This document shows, one piece after another, positions 15,948-45,163 of a stretch of DNA of 64,000 nucleotides; positions within the stretch are counted from its first letter, which is position 1; each line of letters begins with the position of its first letter. Source of the DNA: the human T2T-CHM13v2.0 reference genome, Homo sapiens. The notes under the pieces are model-generated. The model was not told the DNA's origin. It did not search any database and saw only the letters and a program-made list of their open reading frames with translations. Where the stretch lies: the NCBI RefSeq assembly GCF_009914755.1, contig NC_060931.1. One strand, given 5' to 3'. The position numbers and the translations under genes are program-made.

Positions 15948-16676
15948 ATGAATGGTGCCGGCCCTGGCCCCGCCGCAGCCGCCCCGGTCCCAGTCCCGGT
16001 CCCGGTCCCGGACTGGCGGCAGTTCTGCGAGCTGCATGCGCAGGCGGCCGCCGTGGACTTTGCGCACAAGTTCTGCCGTTTCCTGCGGGACAACCCAGCT
16101 TACGACACGCCCGACGCCGGCGCCTCCTTCTCCCGCCACTTCGCCGCCAACTTCCTGGACGTCTTCGGCGAGGAGGTGCGCCGCGTGCTGGTGGCTGGGC
16201 CGACGACTCGGGGCGCGGCCGTGAGCGCAGAGGCCATGGAGCCGGAGCTCGCGGACACCTCTGCACTCAAGGCGGCGCCCTACGGCCACTCGCGGAGCTC
16301 GGAGGACGTGTCCACGCACGCGGCCACCAAGGCCCGCGTTCGCAAGGGCTTCTCGCTGCGCAACATGAGCCTGTGCGTGGTGGACGGCGTGCGCGACATG
16401 TGGCACCGGCGCGCCTCGCCCGAGCCCGACGCGGCAGCTGCCCCGCGCACCGCCGAGCCCCGCGACAAGTGGACGCGGCGCCTGAGGCTGTCGCGGACGC
16501 TGGCTGCCAAGGTGGAGCTGGTGGACATTCAACGCGAGGGGGCGCTGCGCTTCATGGTGGCCGACGACGCGGCCGCGGGCTCCGGGGGCTCGGCTCAGTG
16601 GCAGAAGTGCCGCCTGCTCCTGCGCAGGGCTGTGGCCGAGGAACGCTTCCGCCTGGAGTTCTTCGTGCCGCCCAAA
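15948..16676 (+). CDS. SH2B2: SH2B2 exon 2 coding part: Phe-zipper dimerisation domain and start of PH domain
   Basis: [46 protein letters not shown]...[26 protein letters not shown]; acceptor at 15919 (alternative 15925); donor AAA|GTGAGT; 729 nt, phase 0. Confidence 0.98.
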
Positions 16677-16740
16677 GTGAGTTACCCCATAATCCCACCT
16701 AGCCTGGGGGGACCAGAGGAGGCACCTGGGCAGCAGCTGA

Positions 16741-18630
<1,890 letters not shown>

Positions 18631-20630
18631 CCGATCTAATGATACCTGCCACCCTGGTGGTCCCAAGAACGAAAGGAACATGGAAGTGGAGGTCCTTGGG
18701 CACTGAGAGGTTTAGGCAGGGGGAGGTTTTGCTGGTGCAGCAGCCGACAGCACCCCCAGGGACCACCGGGGACCCCACACCCACCTCCCGCATCAGGGCC
18801 CACTCTGTCCCTGGGTGCTCTCTGAGTCACCCGCCGCTTCTTGGCTCTCTCTCCATCTCTCAGTCTGCTGGGGTGCAGGGGTGTGGGCTCCCCAAGGCTC
18901 ATTGCCCATGAGCCACATGGGCCCTGGAAAAGTGACTTCCCAGGGACACAGCTACTCTCTGAAGAGCTTTTTCCCCAGGTCCCAGCACCCCTACACTTCC
19001 CTAGGGCTTTTTTCCTGCCCAGGCCCCTGCCTTTAATTCCCTGGGAGAAATCCTAGACCCCTAAGCCCGACTCCACTCCTTGTCAGAAAGGGAAACCGAG
19101 GCCCAGTGACGGGTGGGGTGGGGCTTACCCGGGGTCACCCAGAGGGCAGGGACAGAAGCCCAGGGCTCCAGTGCCTTGGGCCTGAGTGACAGTCACAGCT
19201 GCCCTTCTGTAAATAGCAGTGTCTGCTGCCCTCGGAGAAGGGGAAGGAGCAGCTGGTGCCCGCCCCCGCCCCACTCCACCGCTTAGTCCCAGCAGAGCCC
19301 ACTAATTTTGCTGCTGGCAGAGGGCAGCGTTCCTGCAGGGTCACTGGGCCCTTCCCCTCCTTTGTGTCATGCAAAGGTGGGGGCATTTGTGGGTATTCAG
19401 GAGTCATTCCCATGGGAGGGCAGCTCCTACCATGCTAAGAACTTGGTTGAGTTTCCCAAATGTGTCTGGTCCCAGGAGACAGGCTCCCAGGGTGAGTGAG
19501 CCCCCTGGGATGCCCTGAATGATACCCCCACTGCCTCTGCACCCACCCACGGTCCAGATCTCTTGCCTCCAAGAGGCCTAGATGCACCCTTGGAGCAGTC
19601 AGGAGCTCGGGGCCTGCAGGCTCAGAAGCCATTGCCTGGCACCTTAGATTTCCCTCTCACACAGCCTTTGAGGTGCCAGCCCTGGTGAGTCAGGTCTCTG
19701 GCTTCCTGCCTCCTCACCCCTGCAGGAAGAGCCTCCTGAACCCCAGGTCCCCTCATTGCCCTATGCCAGGCCAAGCCCTGGGGACCCAAGGAACAATGAG
19801 GCCGGCCCCCCGCCATTAGGGAAACCACTGGGAAACCTGGTATTTTCAAGATGCTTGCAAATCTTACTGGGGTGAGCCCCGGAGGAAAAGCTTGGGCTAC
19901 CTAAGTGTTCACCAGGTGGCCAGCACCCTGGAACAGCACTTTTGGAGGTTCAAGCTCTGTGGGCAAAGGCCTGGAGTTGTAAACAAGTTGACCATTCAGG
20001 CATGTGGGCACAGTGCGTTGTGGCTGGAGCAGGTGGGAGGAAGCTGGACCAGGACTGACGGACCTCAGATTCCAAACTGGGGAACCACAGCATCTCTGGC
20101 CAGCAGGATACCTGCTGAAGCTTCCAGTCCAGGCCTCCACTGCAGGCCTCTGTCTGCTCTGTCCCCAGCCCCGCTGGCCGGCACGATGGCCACACACCGG
20201 GGTTAGCCAGGCCCCGTTCATGCTTCAAGCCTAGCCCTGCACGCGCTGGACAGGGGCCAGTTCTTCCTGGAATTCCCATCTGCCTGCCCATCAAATGTGT
20301 GGCCTTTCCATTTCCTCCTAAGAAAGTTCCTGTCCTGGAGACAGCGCTGCTGGGAATCTCACTCAGGCCAGCCCCAAGGGGGCCTCAGGCTCACGGCAGG
20401 GAGCTTTGAGGCAGAGCGAGTGGGGCCAGGCACAGAGTGGCGGTCCCACAGAGCCCTGCCAGCTCACCTTGGATCAACCCTGCCCGCAGCGTTGTTGGGA
20501 ACACTGGTCCCTTTTACTCACTCCAGGAAACAGTGAGCCCCGTTCTGAGTCGGGGGCTCCAGGCCCTGCTCTGGAAGGTCGGGTCTGTAGTAGGAGACCA
20601 GCATTTTTTCTTTAAGCAACCAGGTTTTAA

Positions 20631-21920
<1,290 letters not shown>

Positions 21921-22116
21921 GGAAAAATTTCTTTCTTGTTTCAAAGAAATGCCTTCCTCAGCTTCCCCCTCTGTGAAATGGGGATTGGGATACCTCTGTA
22001 CCAGGGTGGCTGTGGCAGTCTATTTGAGGGCCACTCTAACACCTGGCAGCGGGGAGGGGATGGAAAGGGTGTCGGGAAATGCTGGGGCCACTCACTATCC
22101 TTCTTCTGGCCCCCAG

Positions 22117-22218
22117 GCCTCCAGGCCCAAGGTCAGCATCCCACTGTCAGCCATCATTGAGGTCCGCACCACCATGCCCCTGGAAATGCCAGAGAAGGAT
22201 AACACATTCGTCCTCAAG
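22117..22218 (+). CDS. SH2B2: SH2B2 exon 3 (PH domain)
   Basis: CCCCAG|GCC...AAG|GTGAGG; [34 protein letters not shown]; 102 nt. Confidence 0.97.
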
Positions 22219-23029
22219 GTGAGGTCTCACCCCTAACCTCAGAGATCCTCCAGCTGCCCCAGGCCACCTTCCCTTTAGGTGCTACAGCTCCCTAGGGGAG
22301 CGAGGGGAAGGAGCCTAAGGCAGGACAGTAGTGGGAGGGAGCCCTGGTGTGGGGGGTTCCCAGACCCTATGACAGATGCCTAGCACATAGCTAAGACTTG
22401 AGTCTGGGCTCCACAGCCAGGTGCCTCGGGCGTCGCCCAACATCTGGGCCCCTTGCTCCCATTTACCCCTGGGCCTGGGCGAAGCTCATCAGTTTCACTT
22501 CCTGCCCTCCCTTCCCCCACTGGAGCTAGCACACACCCACCTCGCTGGTGGCCAGCCGGCAGCAGTTATGCAAATGTTCCTGTCCCAGGGCACTGGAGTG
22601 TGGGAACTGGGCAGTCTCCCACAGAGGGCACAAAGGCATCAAGGGGGGGCGGGGAGGCACCCCGGTGGGTCTAGGGGCAGCCCAGCCTTTCCCAGGCCCC
22701 ACACCGCTGCCAGGGTGGCCTGCAGGGGTTTCTGAGGACACGGCTCCAGGCTGCCAGAGCTGTGGTCCCTGGGCATCCGCAAAGGATCAGAGGGTGTTGG
22801 TGAAGCAATGTCCCCGGGGAGGCCTGGTCCCACCCACTCATCCTGCATGAAGCCCCCACCCTCTTCTCCCAGCTTCTGGTTGTGTTTGTGTTTCTGCCCG
22901 TTCTCATTTGTTTAGTCACGGACTCACTTATTCATTTAGCGAGTGTTTACCAACCCCGGACCCTGAGTCATCCCAGGCTGGGGGCTGGGGACACAGCCCC
23001 TGCCCACCTGGTACCCTCTAAACTGCTGA

Positions 23030-25822
<2,793 letters not shown>

Positions 25823-26369
25823 TCAGGAAACGGGTAGGTCAGGGACAATGGGAGCCATGGCAGGTAATAGGCAGAGGGCAGTTACGGTCAGCTGTGAACA
25901 GGAAGAGCAGCAAGAAGGTTGGCTCCACCATCCAGGAGAGATGCCAGGCCAGGAGTAGGAGGGATAGGCAGCCCGACAGGCTGAGCAATTGGCAGCAGCT
26001 CTGCTGGCTAATGGGGTGAGCCAAGCCCCGGGGGGAAGGGCCGCTGCTTTCTAATTAACAGCTTCATTTAAAGAAACACAATTAAGGTCCTGGGCGCCTC
26101 CCAGGCCCTGATCCACAAAGTGATTGTAATCCCTCCTCCACCGCCCTCCGGACCATCTGCTCTGCAAACTCTTTCCCCAGCCGCTGTGAAGGTGAACCTC
26201 ACTTAGTGGAATTTTCGAGCTGGCAGGGTCCCAGACACCTCATGTCACAAATCGGGAGAGAAACCTTCCCACCCTCTGAGGGTCTGCACGGGATCCCAGG
26301 AGGAGCCCAGCCCCTCAAGGATAGTGGGCAGGGATCATGGGCCCTCAGTGGGGACTGTCCACTCAGTGG

Positions 26370-29528
<3,159 letters not shown>

Positions 29529-29729
29529 GTGGCCTGGTCAATCACACGGTGGCCACAGAGCCAGTGTAGGGTGGGACAGAGGGACATGGAGGCAGAGGGA
29601 GGTGACCAGAGCCAGGAGGCCTAGATGCTGGGCCATGGGACTGCCAGCCACTGCCTGGCCACATAAGTAGCCTGTGGTCCGAGTCCAAGTCCCACGGCAG
29701 GACATGGTTTCCATTTCTTGTCTCCACAG

Positions 29730-29821
29730 TGACAGTGAGGAAGACACCGAGCTCTCCTGTACCCGAGGAGGCTGTCTGGCCAGCCGCGTGGCCTCCTGCA
29801 GCTGTGAGCTCCTGACTGATG
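29730..29821 (+). CDS. SH2B2: SH2B2 exon 5
   Basis: CCACAG|T GAC...GAT G|GTAGGT; DSEEDTELSCTRGGCLASRVASCSCELLTD; 92 nt; phases match the neighbouring exons. Confidence 0.95.
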
Positions 29822-29905
29822 GTAGGTAGGGGGACAGGGTTGAAGGAGGGGCACACTCAGGGTGGACAGATAAAGATACGTGCATCTTACCTGCCACTTC
29901 CCCAG

Positions 29906-30076
29906 CAGTCGACCTGCCCCGCCCCCCAGAGACGACAGCCGTGGGTGCAGTGGTGACAGCCCCCCACAGCCGAGGTCGAGATGCCGTCAGAGAATCCCTG
30001 ATCCACGTCCCGCTAGAGACCTTTCTGCAGACCCTGGAATCCCCGGGCGGCAGCGGCAGTGACAGCAATAACACAG
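29906..30076 (+). CDS. SH2B2: SH2B2 exon 6
   Basis: CCCAG|CAG (NAGNAG) acceptor; AVDLPRPPETTAVGAVVTAPHSRGRDAVRESLIHVPLETFLQTLESPGGSGSDSNNT; donor AG|GTGCCA; 171 nt. Confidence 0.95.
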
Positions 30077-30296
30077 GTGCCAGTGGGGACAGCCTGCTCT
30101 TCCCATCCCACCTCTCCTGGACCCCCACCCCCAGCCATGGCCACCCATGGGCTCCCTAAACCTTGCTAAGCCTCAGAAGCTGTGACATCTCATCCTCCTG
30201 GGTCCTTCACACGTCTCCGAAGTACTTCTGGCTTTTGTAGACTGGTCTAGGAACCTGGCCCCTCCCACTGGACCCAGTTTCAATAGAAAATGTTCA

Positions 30297-32440
<2,144 letters not shown>

Positions 32441-32582
32441 ACCAACCAACTTTTTAAACATTATTCCAACAGCATTTTGCATGTAAAAAAACCAACAAGA
32501 CGTCACCTCTCTTCTCACATTTATTTATTTGTCCCCCTTTCTCCTTCCCCCCATGTTCCTCACACTGTCATCCCCACCTCAG

Positions 32583-32791
32583 GGGAACAGGGTGCAGAGA
32601 CGGATCCCGAGGCTGAACCCGAGCTGGAGCTATCCGACTACCCATGGTTCCACGGGACACTGTCCCGGGTCAAGGCTGCTCAACTGGTTCTGGCAGGGGG
32701 GCCCCGGAACCACGGCCTCTTCGTGATCCGCCAAAGTGAGACTCGGCCTGGGGAGTACGTGCTGACCTTCAACTTCCAGGGCAAGGCCAAG
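32583..32791 (+). CDS. SH2B2: SH2B2 exon 7 (N-terminal half of SH2 domain)
   Basis: [70 protein letters not shown]; SH2 WFHG and FVIRQS (FLVRES-like) motifs; ends at a GC donor, AAG|GCAAGT; 209 nt. Confidence 0.96.
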
Positions 32792-33519
32792 GCAAGTGTG
32801 TGGGGGGCGCCATGGGGGTGCAGTGGCCAGCCCTGAGGGAGAGGGGTCATGGTGACCCCGGTCCTGAGGCTGTGCCCTGGAAGCAGCTGCAGGCGAACAG
32901 GTGTGGCATGACTTCCCACGGGCCCCACTCACCCCAGCCATGCTCCGTGAGCCACCTGCGTCCCTCCTATACATCACTGAGGGACTGCAGTCAGCCCTAT
33001 TTCAGCCTCTGCATTCTCCAGAAGGGGAGGCCACCTACTGGCGGCTGAGCCCTCAGGAGGCTGGGCCCTTCTAATAACCCAAATTTGCAAATCCTTTCAG
33101 CTCCTGCGCGCGGGGGATCTCATAGCACTGGAGCTTCGGAGGGTCTCCACCCAGAGATCGCCCAGTGGGGGGTGGGAGCCAACCAAGGCCCTCAGAGCCC
33201 CACCTTCTGCCCCACCGACCTCAGACAGCCCCTCTTCCCTGCCCAGGTTAGGTCACCAACCCCTGAGGAACACACACGGGCAAACCCTAGAGACCCAGCA
33301 GGGGAGGAGGAGCTGGGCTGGGTGGGAGAGCTGTGCAGGGTCTAGGGGGTGGGGTTCAGCATTGGAGGGGACAGCCTGATCAGAGACCTGCAGGGGAGGG
33401 AGAATTGTGGAGGGGAAGACAGTCAGGAAGGCGATCCCGACAGCACCCAGCTGGATCAGAGGCATGATGGTACACCCAGGCGGTGTGCTTTCAAGGAAGG
33501 GGATTCCTTGCTATATTGA

Positions 33520-33877
<358 letters not shown>

Positions 33878-35726
33878 TGATTATGGGGGGGTGCAATGTG
33901 GCCAGAGGGGGCAGGAACCTCAGTGCCCACCCCCGCATCCCAGGTTTCCGATAAGGAAACACTCAGCCTGGGCTCCTGCCAGGACGGATTTCCTGGCGGC
34001 CCCTACTAGAGGAGGGAGAACCTTAGGACTCCTGCTCCAGGCCTGCAGCTGGGGGACAGTGTCTCTCTGCAGGGACCCCGGCTGCCCTAACCCCTAGTGG
34101 CTCAGTGCAGAACCTCTGGTGGCTTCTCTCCTCCTCCAGGTTGGCCCCACCGTGCAGGAGGTAGCACCTCCACCAGGGACATTTCCTTGGCAAGCAGCCA
34201 CCCTTACAGTTCCTCCGACAACCAGGTGCTTAAGGCCATCCCTGGTGACGTGCAATTTACTTCTCAGCCAGTGCTGCTCCAGGCAGCCTCCCAGAGGGCC
34301 TGGATCTGACTCATGCCCAAGCCAGAGGCTAGGATGGGGGAACAAAGGGTGGGTGGCAAGCTCCTCTCCTTCCTGGAACAAGACCCAGCCTTGAACCTGC
34401 CTCTCACCTCTCTACCCAGCTGCTCTTCTCCCAGAGTGGAGATGACTGCCCCAGGCCTGATAAGTAAATGGTGGGACAAAGCAGGAACCCCAGCCTCCAG
34501 CTTACATACCTCCTGGGAGGGAAGATCACTACCTTCCCAGAGGCAACTCTTTCCACCTTCACAGAATAAATGTCTGGAAGGTCTGGCAGAAGATTGGGAT
34601 GCGTCCAACTTGCTTCTTCTCTCCCCAGGGACCCAGCTGTGCCCTGCGCAGGCTCTGCCCAGCTATGAGGCTGTGGTGGGACCCCTCTGTGCTGTTTCTT
34701 TCGGGCTGAGTCCCTGCATTGTCCTAGCAACTTATTCTGCTAAGTGGCAGAGCTCACTTGTGGGACCGCCACCCCGCTCCAGGGATTGTCTGTATTTTTT
34801 TGTTTGTTTTTTAAAGGGTTGGGGGGTATCTCACCATGTTGGCCAGGCTGGTCTTGAACTCCTGACCTCCCGTGATCCATTCCCCTCAGTCTCCCAAAGT
34901 GCTGGGATTACAGGCGTGAGCCACCACACCTAGCAGATTGTCTGTCTTTTATGCAGGTGGCCAGACCAGCTCCCCCTCCTGGGCTTGGCGCTATGCGTGT
35001 ACCCTCAAACCACTCCTCTTAGCTCCCCTCTTGCCCCACACACCCCAGAGATAGCCACTTGTTTCTGCAGTGGGATACATGTTGAGCAAAATAGGGCTTA
35101 AGTCAGAGACCTGCAGCTCTCCACTAGACACCACAGGCCTATGGTTTCTTACCCTGAGGCACCTGCCTCACACAGGCCCTAGAGACCTAGAGAGAAGCCA
35201 GCCCTGTTCCAGCTGTTCCCACAGCGTGCGGTCACTCCTCCCCAGCCAGCCCTGGGGAGCTTTCCATGCCTCCGGGTTTTGGCTCTGCAGGGACAGAGGG
35301 CCAACCTCTAGCCTCCTGGGCTGGGGGAACCACCCAAACAGGAGTTTTCTTCCCTGCTCTGTGCTCTGTGACCATGGGCCAGTCACTCCCCCTCCCTGGG
35401 CCTTGGTTTTCCTATCTCTAACATGGGGGCAGTAATCCCTATCTTCTGGCATTAGGGAGGGGATTAGAGATTATAGGTGTGTAGGGCATGGGCCCATAGT
35501 GGAGGTGCTCCCAGCATGGGGACAATGCCTGATGCCTTCCATCTCAGCCTGGGTCCGTTGCCCCCATTCCCCATCTCCAGATGGGGCTCATGTGTGAGGG
35601 GCCCCCGGCCCTGACACAGCCCCATACAGCCCCTGTGAGCCTTGGTCCTTCCATCAACCCCCAAAGGCGCTTACCCAGGTGCCCAGCCCCGGACCTGCCC
35701 CTGACCACACCCACCTGTACCCACAG

Positions 35727-35898
35727 CACCTGCGCCTGTCCCTGAACGGCCACGGCCAGTGTCACGTACAGCATCTGTGGTTCCAGTCTGTGCTTGACAT
35801 GCTCCGCCACTTCCACACACACCCCATCCCACTGGAGTCAGGGGGCTCGGCCGACATCACCCTTCGCAGCTATGTGCGGGCCCAGGACCCCCCACCAG
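35727..35898 (+). CDS. SH2B2: SH2B2 exon 8 (C-terminal half of SH2 domain)
   Basis: CCACAG|CAC; [57 protein letters not shown]; donor G|GTAAGA; 172 nt, ends phase 1. Confidence 0.97.
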
Positions 35899-36284
35899 GT
35901 AAGATGCCGCCACCTGGCTGGTGTGATTACTCAAGAAGACTTCCCGTTGATTACTCAAGAAGGTGGTCCCTGGGGTGGGATGAGCCCCAGGTCTCCTGTC
36001 CCATAGCCTCAGCCGTGTCCCTCCCACCCTAGCCTAGCCACAGCAATTTCAAGCAGTCACATCATAAGGAATGGAGGCAGAAGTGGCAGCCTAGAGGCAG
36101 CCAGGTCCCTAATGATTCCTGGCAAGGGGAAGGGGGCGCCCAACAGCAGTGCAGGTGGGTGTATGGGGGTGGGGACAGGGGTGTGGATTGGGGCAAGTGG
36201 GATGAAAGGAGCTGGGCATATGGATTCTTAAGCCCTGCACTGGGGAGGCTCAGAGCAAAGCTGCTGGGACCGAGCACTAAGGGC

Positions 36285-36570
36285 ATGGGTGCATGTGCAT
36301 GCGTGTGCTTGTGTGTGTGCATGAGTGTATGTGTGCATGTGCCCGTGTGCGTACGCTTACGTGTGCGTGTGTGCGCATATGCATGAGCGTGTGCATGCGT
36401 GCATGGGCACGCGTGTGCTTGTGTGCCTGTGTGCGAGCGTGTGCATTATGTATGCGTGTGTGTGCACTCCTGTGCATGTGGCTATATGGGCGTGCACACG
36501 CGTGGTTAGGTACATGTATGTGTGTGTGCTTCTGTTTATGCATGTGGGCGGGTGTGCTTGCATATGTGTC
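36285..36570. repeat. Degenerate (TG/CA/CG)n purine-pyrimidine alternating repeat in SH2B2 intron 8
   Basis: ~280 nt of GTGTGCATGTGCGTGT-like alternation. Confidence 0.9.
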
Positions 36571-36694
36571 CGAGGACATGGGCTGCAACTCGGAAACCTG
36601 AGCGTGGGCCCTGGCCCCTTGAGGGATCCCGGCCTCCCTGCAGGATGTGGCCAGCCCAGGTCCCCACTCACGCCCTGCCGTCGCCTTGTTGCAG

Positions 36695-37026
36695 AGCCGG
36701 GCCCCACGCCCCCTGCCGCGCCCGCGTCCCCGGCCTGCTGGAGCGACTCGCCCGGCCAGCACTACTTCTCCAGCCTCGCCGCGGCCGCCTGCCCGCCTGC
36801 CTCGCCCTCCGACGCCGCCGGCGCCTCCTCGTCTTCCGCCTCGTCGTCCTCTGCCGCGTCGGGGCCCGCCCCCCCGCGCCCCGTCGAGGGCCAGCTCAGC
36901 GCGCGGAGCCGCAGCAACAGCGCCGAGCGCCTGCTGGAGGCCGTGGCCGCCACCGCCGCCGAGGAGCCCCCGGAGGCCGCGCCCGGCCGCGCGCGCGCCG
37001 TGGAGAACCAGTACTCCTTCTACTAG
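36695..37026 (+). CDS. SH2B2: SH2B2 exon 9, last coding exon, ending RAVENQYSFY* (Cbl-docking tyrosine Y629)
   Basis: TTGCAG|AG CCG. Exon lengths sum to 729+102+92+92+171+209+172+332 = 1899 nt = 632 aa plus stop. Confidence 0.98.
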
Positions 37027-37081
37027 CCCGCGGCGCCGCCCGGGTGGGACACGCCAAGCTCTTCAGTGAAGACACGATGTT

Positions 37082-37087
37082 ATTAAA
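37082..37087 (+). terminator. SH2B2: SH2B2 polyadenylation signal (variant ATTAAA); 3'UTR under 100 nt
   Basis: ATTAAA 55 nt after the stop codon, followed by T/GT-containing sequence. Confidence 0.8.
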
Positions 37088-37529
37088 AGCCTGTTTTAGG
37101 GACTGCACCCGGCTCTCCTGTCGTCCTTTCTCCCACGGGGAAGGCGGGGACTGCGGGGCAGCCACTCTCAGAGACCCCCGTCCATCAGGGACCCCCGTCC
37201 AGCCCAGTGTGGCCTGACACCTGCCAGGCCCCCTTGCAGCTCTGTCTCTGGTGGGACAGCTGAGGGACTCCCCATGGGGCGTCGGGCAGCACCTGAAAGA
37301 GGACCCAACAGCAAGGGTTAGGGCTTAGGATCGGGAGGGGGCTTTACTGGAGCTGTGAGGGAGAGAGATGGGAGGTGGTAACAATGAGGGGTGCTGAAAA
37401 GAGAGGAGGGGGCATTCAGGACACAGTGAGGGATGGGGAGCACGCCCAAGTCATACGGAGAGCTTGGATGCCAGGAGGAGGAGTCGAGGCCCGGACTGGG
37501 AGGGTAAAGGCGTTTTTAGACAGATCTAT

Positions 37530-37713
37530 GAAGCCTGGCGGTGTGGACAGGGCGGCAGGGCAGGAAGAAGCCTGGCGGTGTGGACAGGGCGGCAGGGCAG
37601 GAAGAAGCCTGGCGGTGTGGACAGGGCGGCAGGGCAGGAAGAAGCCTGGCGGTGTGGACAGGGCGGCAGGGCAGGAAGAAGCCTGGCGGTGTGGACAGGG
37701 CGGCAGGGCAGGA
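37530..37713. repeat. 37-bp G-rich minisatellite, 5 essentially perfect copies
   Basis: Unit GAAGCCTGGCGGTGTGGACAGGGCGGCAGGGCAGGAA starting at 37530, 37567, 37604, 37641 and 37678. Confidence 0.97.
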
Positions 37714-38109
37714 TGTCTCCATATTAGCCCTTAGGGGATTGGGCAATGGAAGAGGCTGGATTTCCCAGCTCGGTGGTAGACTTAAACTTGGAAGAAGCTT
37801 AAAGAGCCCTCCCACCCACCGCGCTCCACCTCATTCACACCCAGCCCCCACCCCGTCTCATTCCCACCCCACACCTACCCACAAGTGGAATTCCAGCTGT
37901 GACTCCCATGACCCCAGGCTCTGGAGACACTGCTTGCTGGCAGTCCCAGGACCCCAGTCCCCAGGCAGTGTTCAAGAAAGATCCTGTTCCTACTAAGCCA
38001 AACCTCTGCCTTCCCCACAACACCCCAGACCTGGGGTCACAGACCCACAGTCCCCTTGCCCAAGACTGGCCTTGCAGGGCTTGGGTCAATGATGCATCCA
38101 TCTATTTTT

Positions 38110-42500
<4,391 letters not shown>

Positions 42501-42622
42501 CTCTCTCATTCAAGGTTACCCTTCTATTACTCCAAGGATTCACCCCATAATCTTATCTTTCTTGATATGTTACATTCACTGAAATGTTCACATCAAATCA
42601 AGTTTGTAGACACTTGTCCTTA

Positions 42623-45163
<2,541 letters not shown>

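Noticed and set aside
36325-36694. Cys/Val-rich N-terminal part of the 233-aa ORF in frame with exon 9
   Set aside because: Translation of the intronic TG-type repeat; the real exon starts at the 36695 acceptor.
37530-37713. 37-bp repeats resembling a CRISPR array
   Set aside because: Units are contiguous with no spacers, there are no cas genes, and the context is human; it is a minisatellite.
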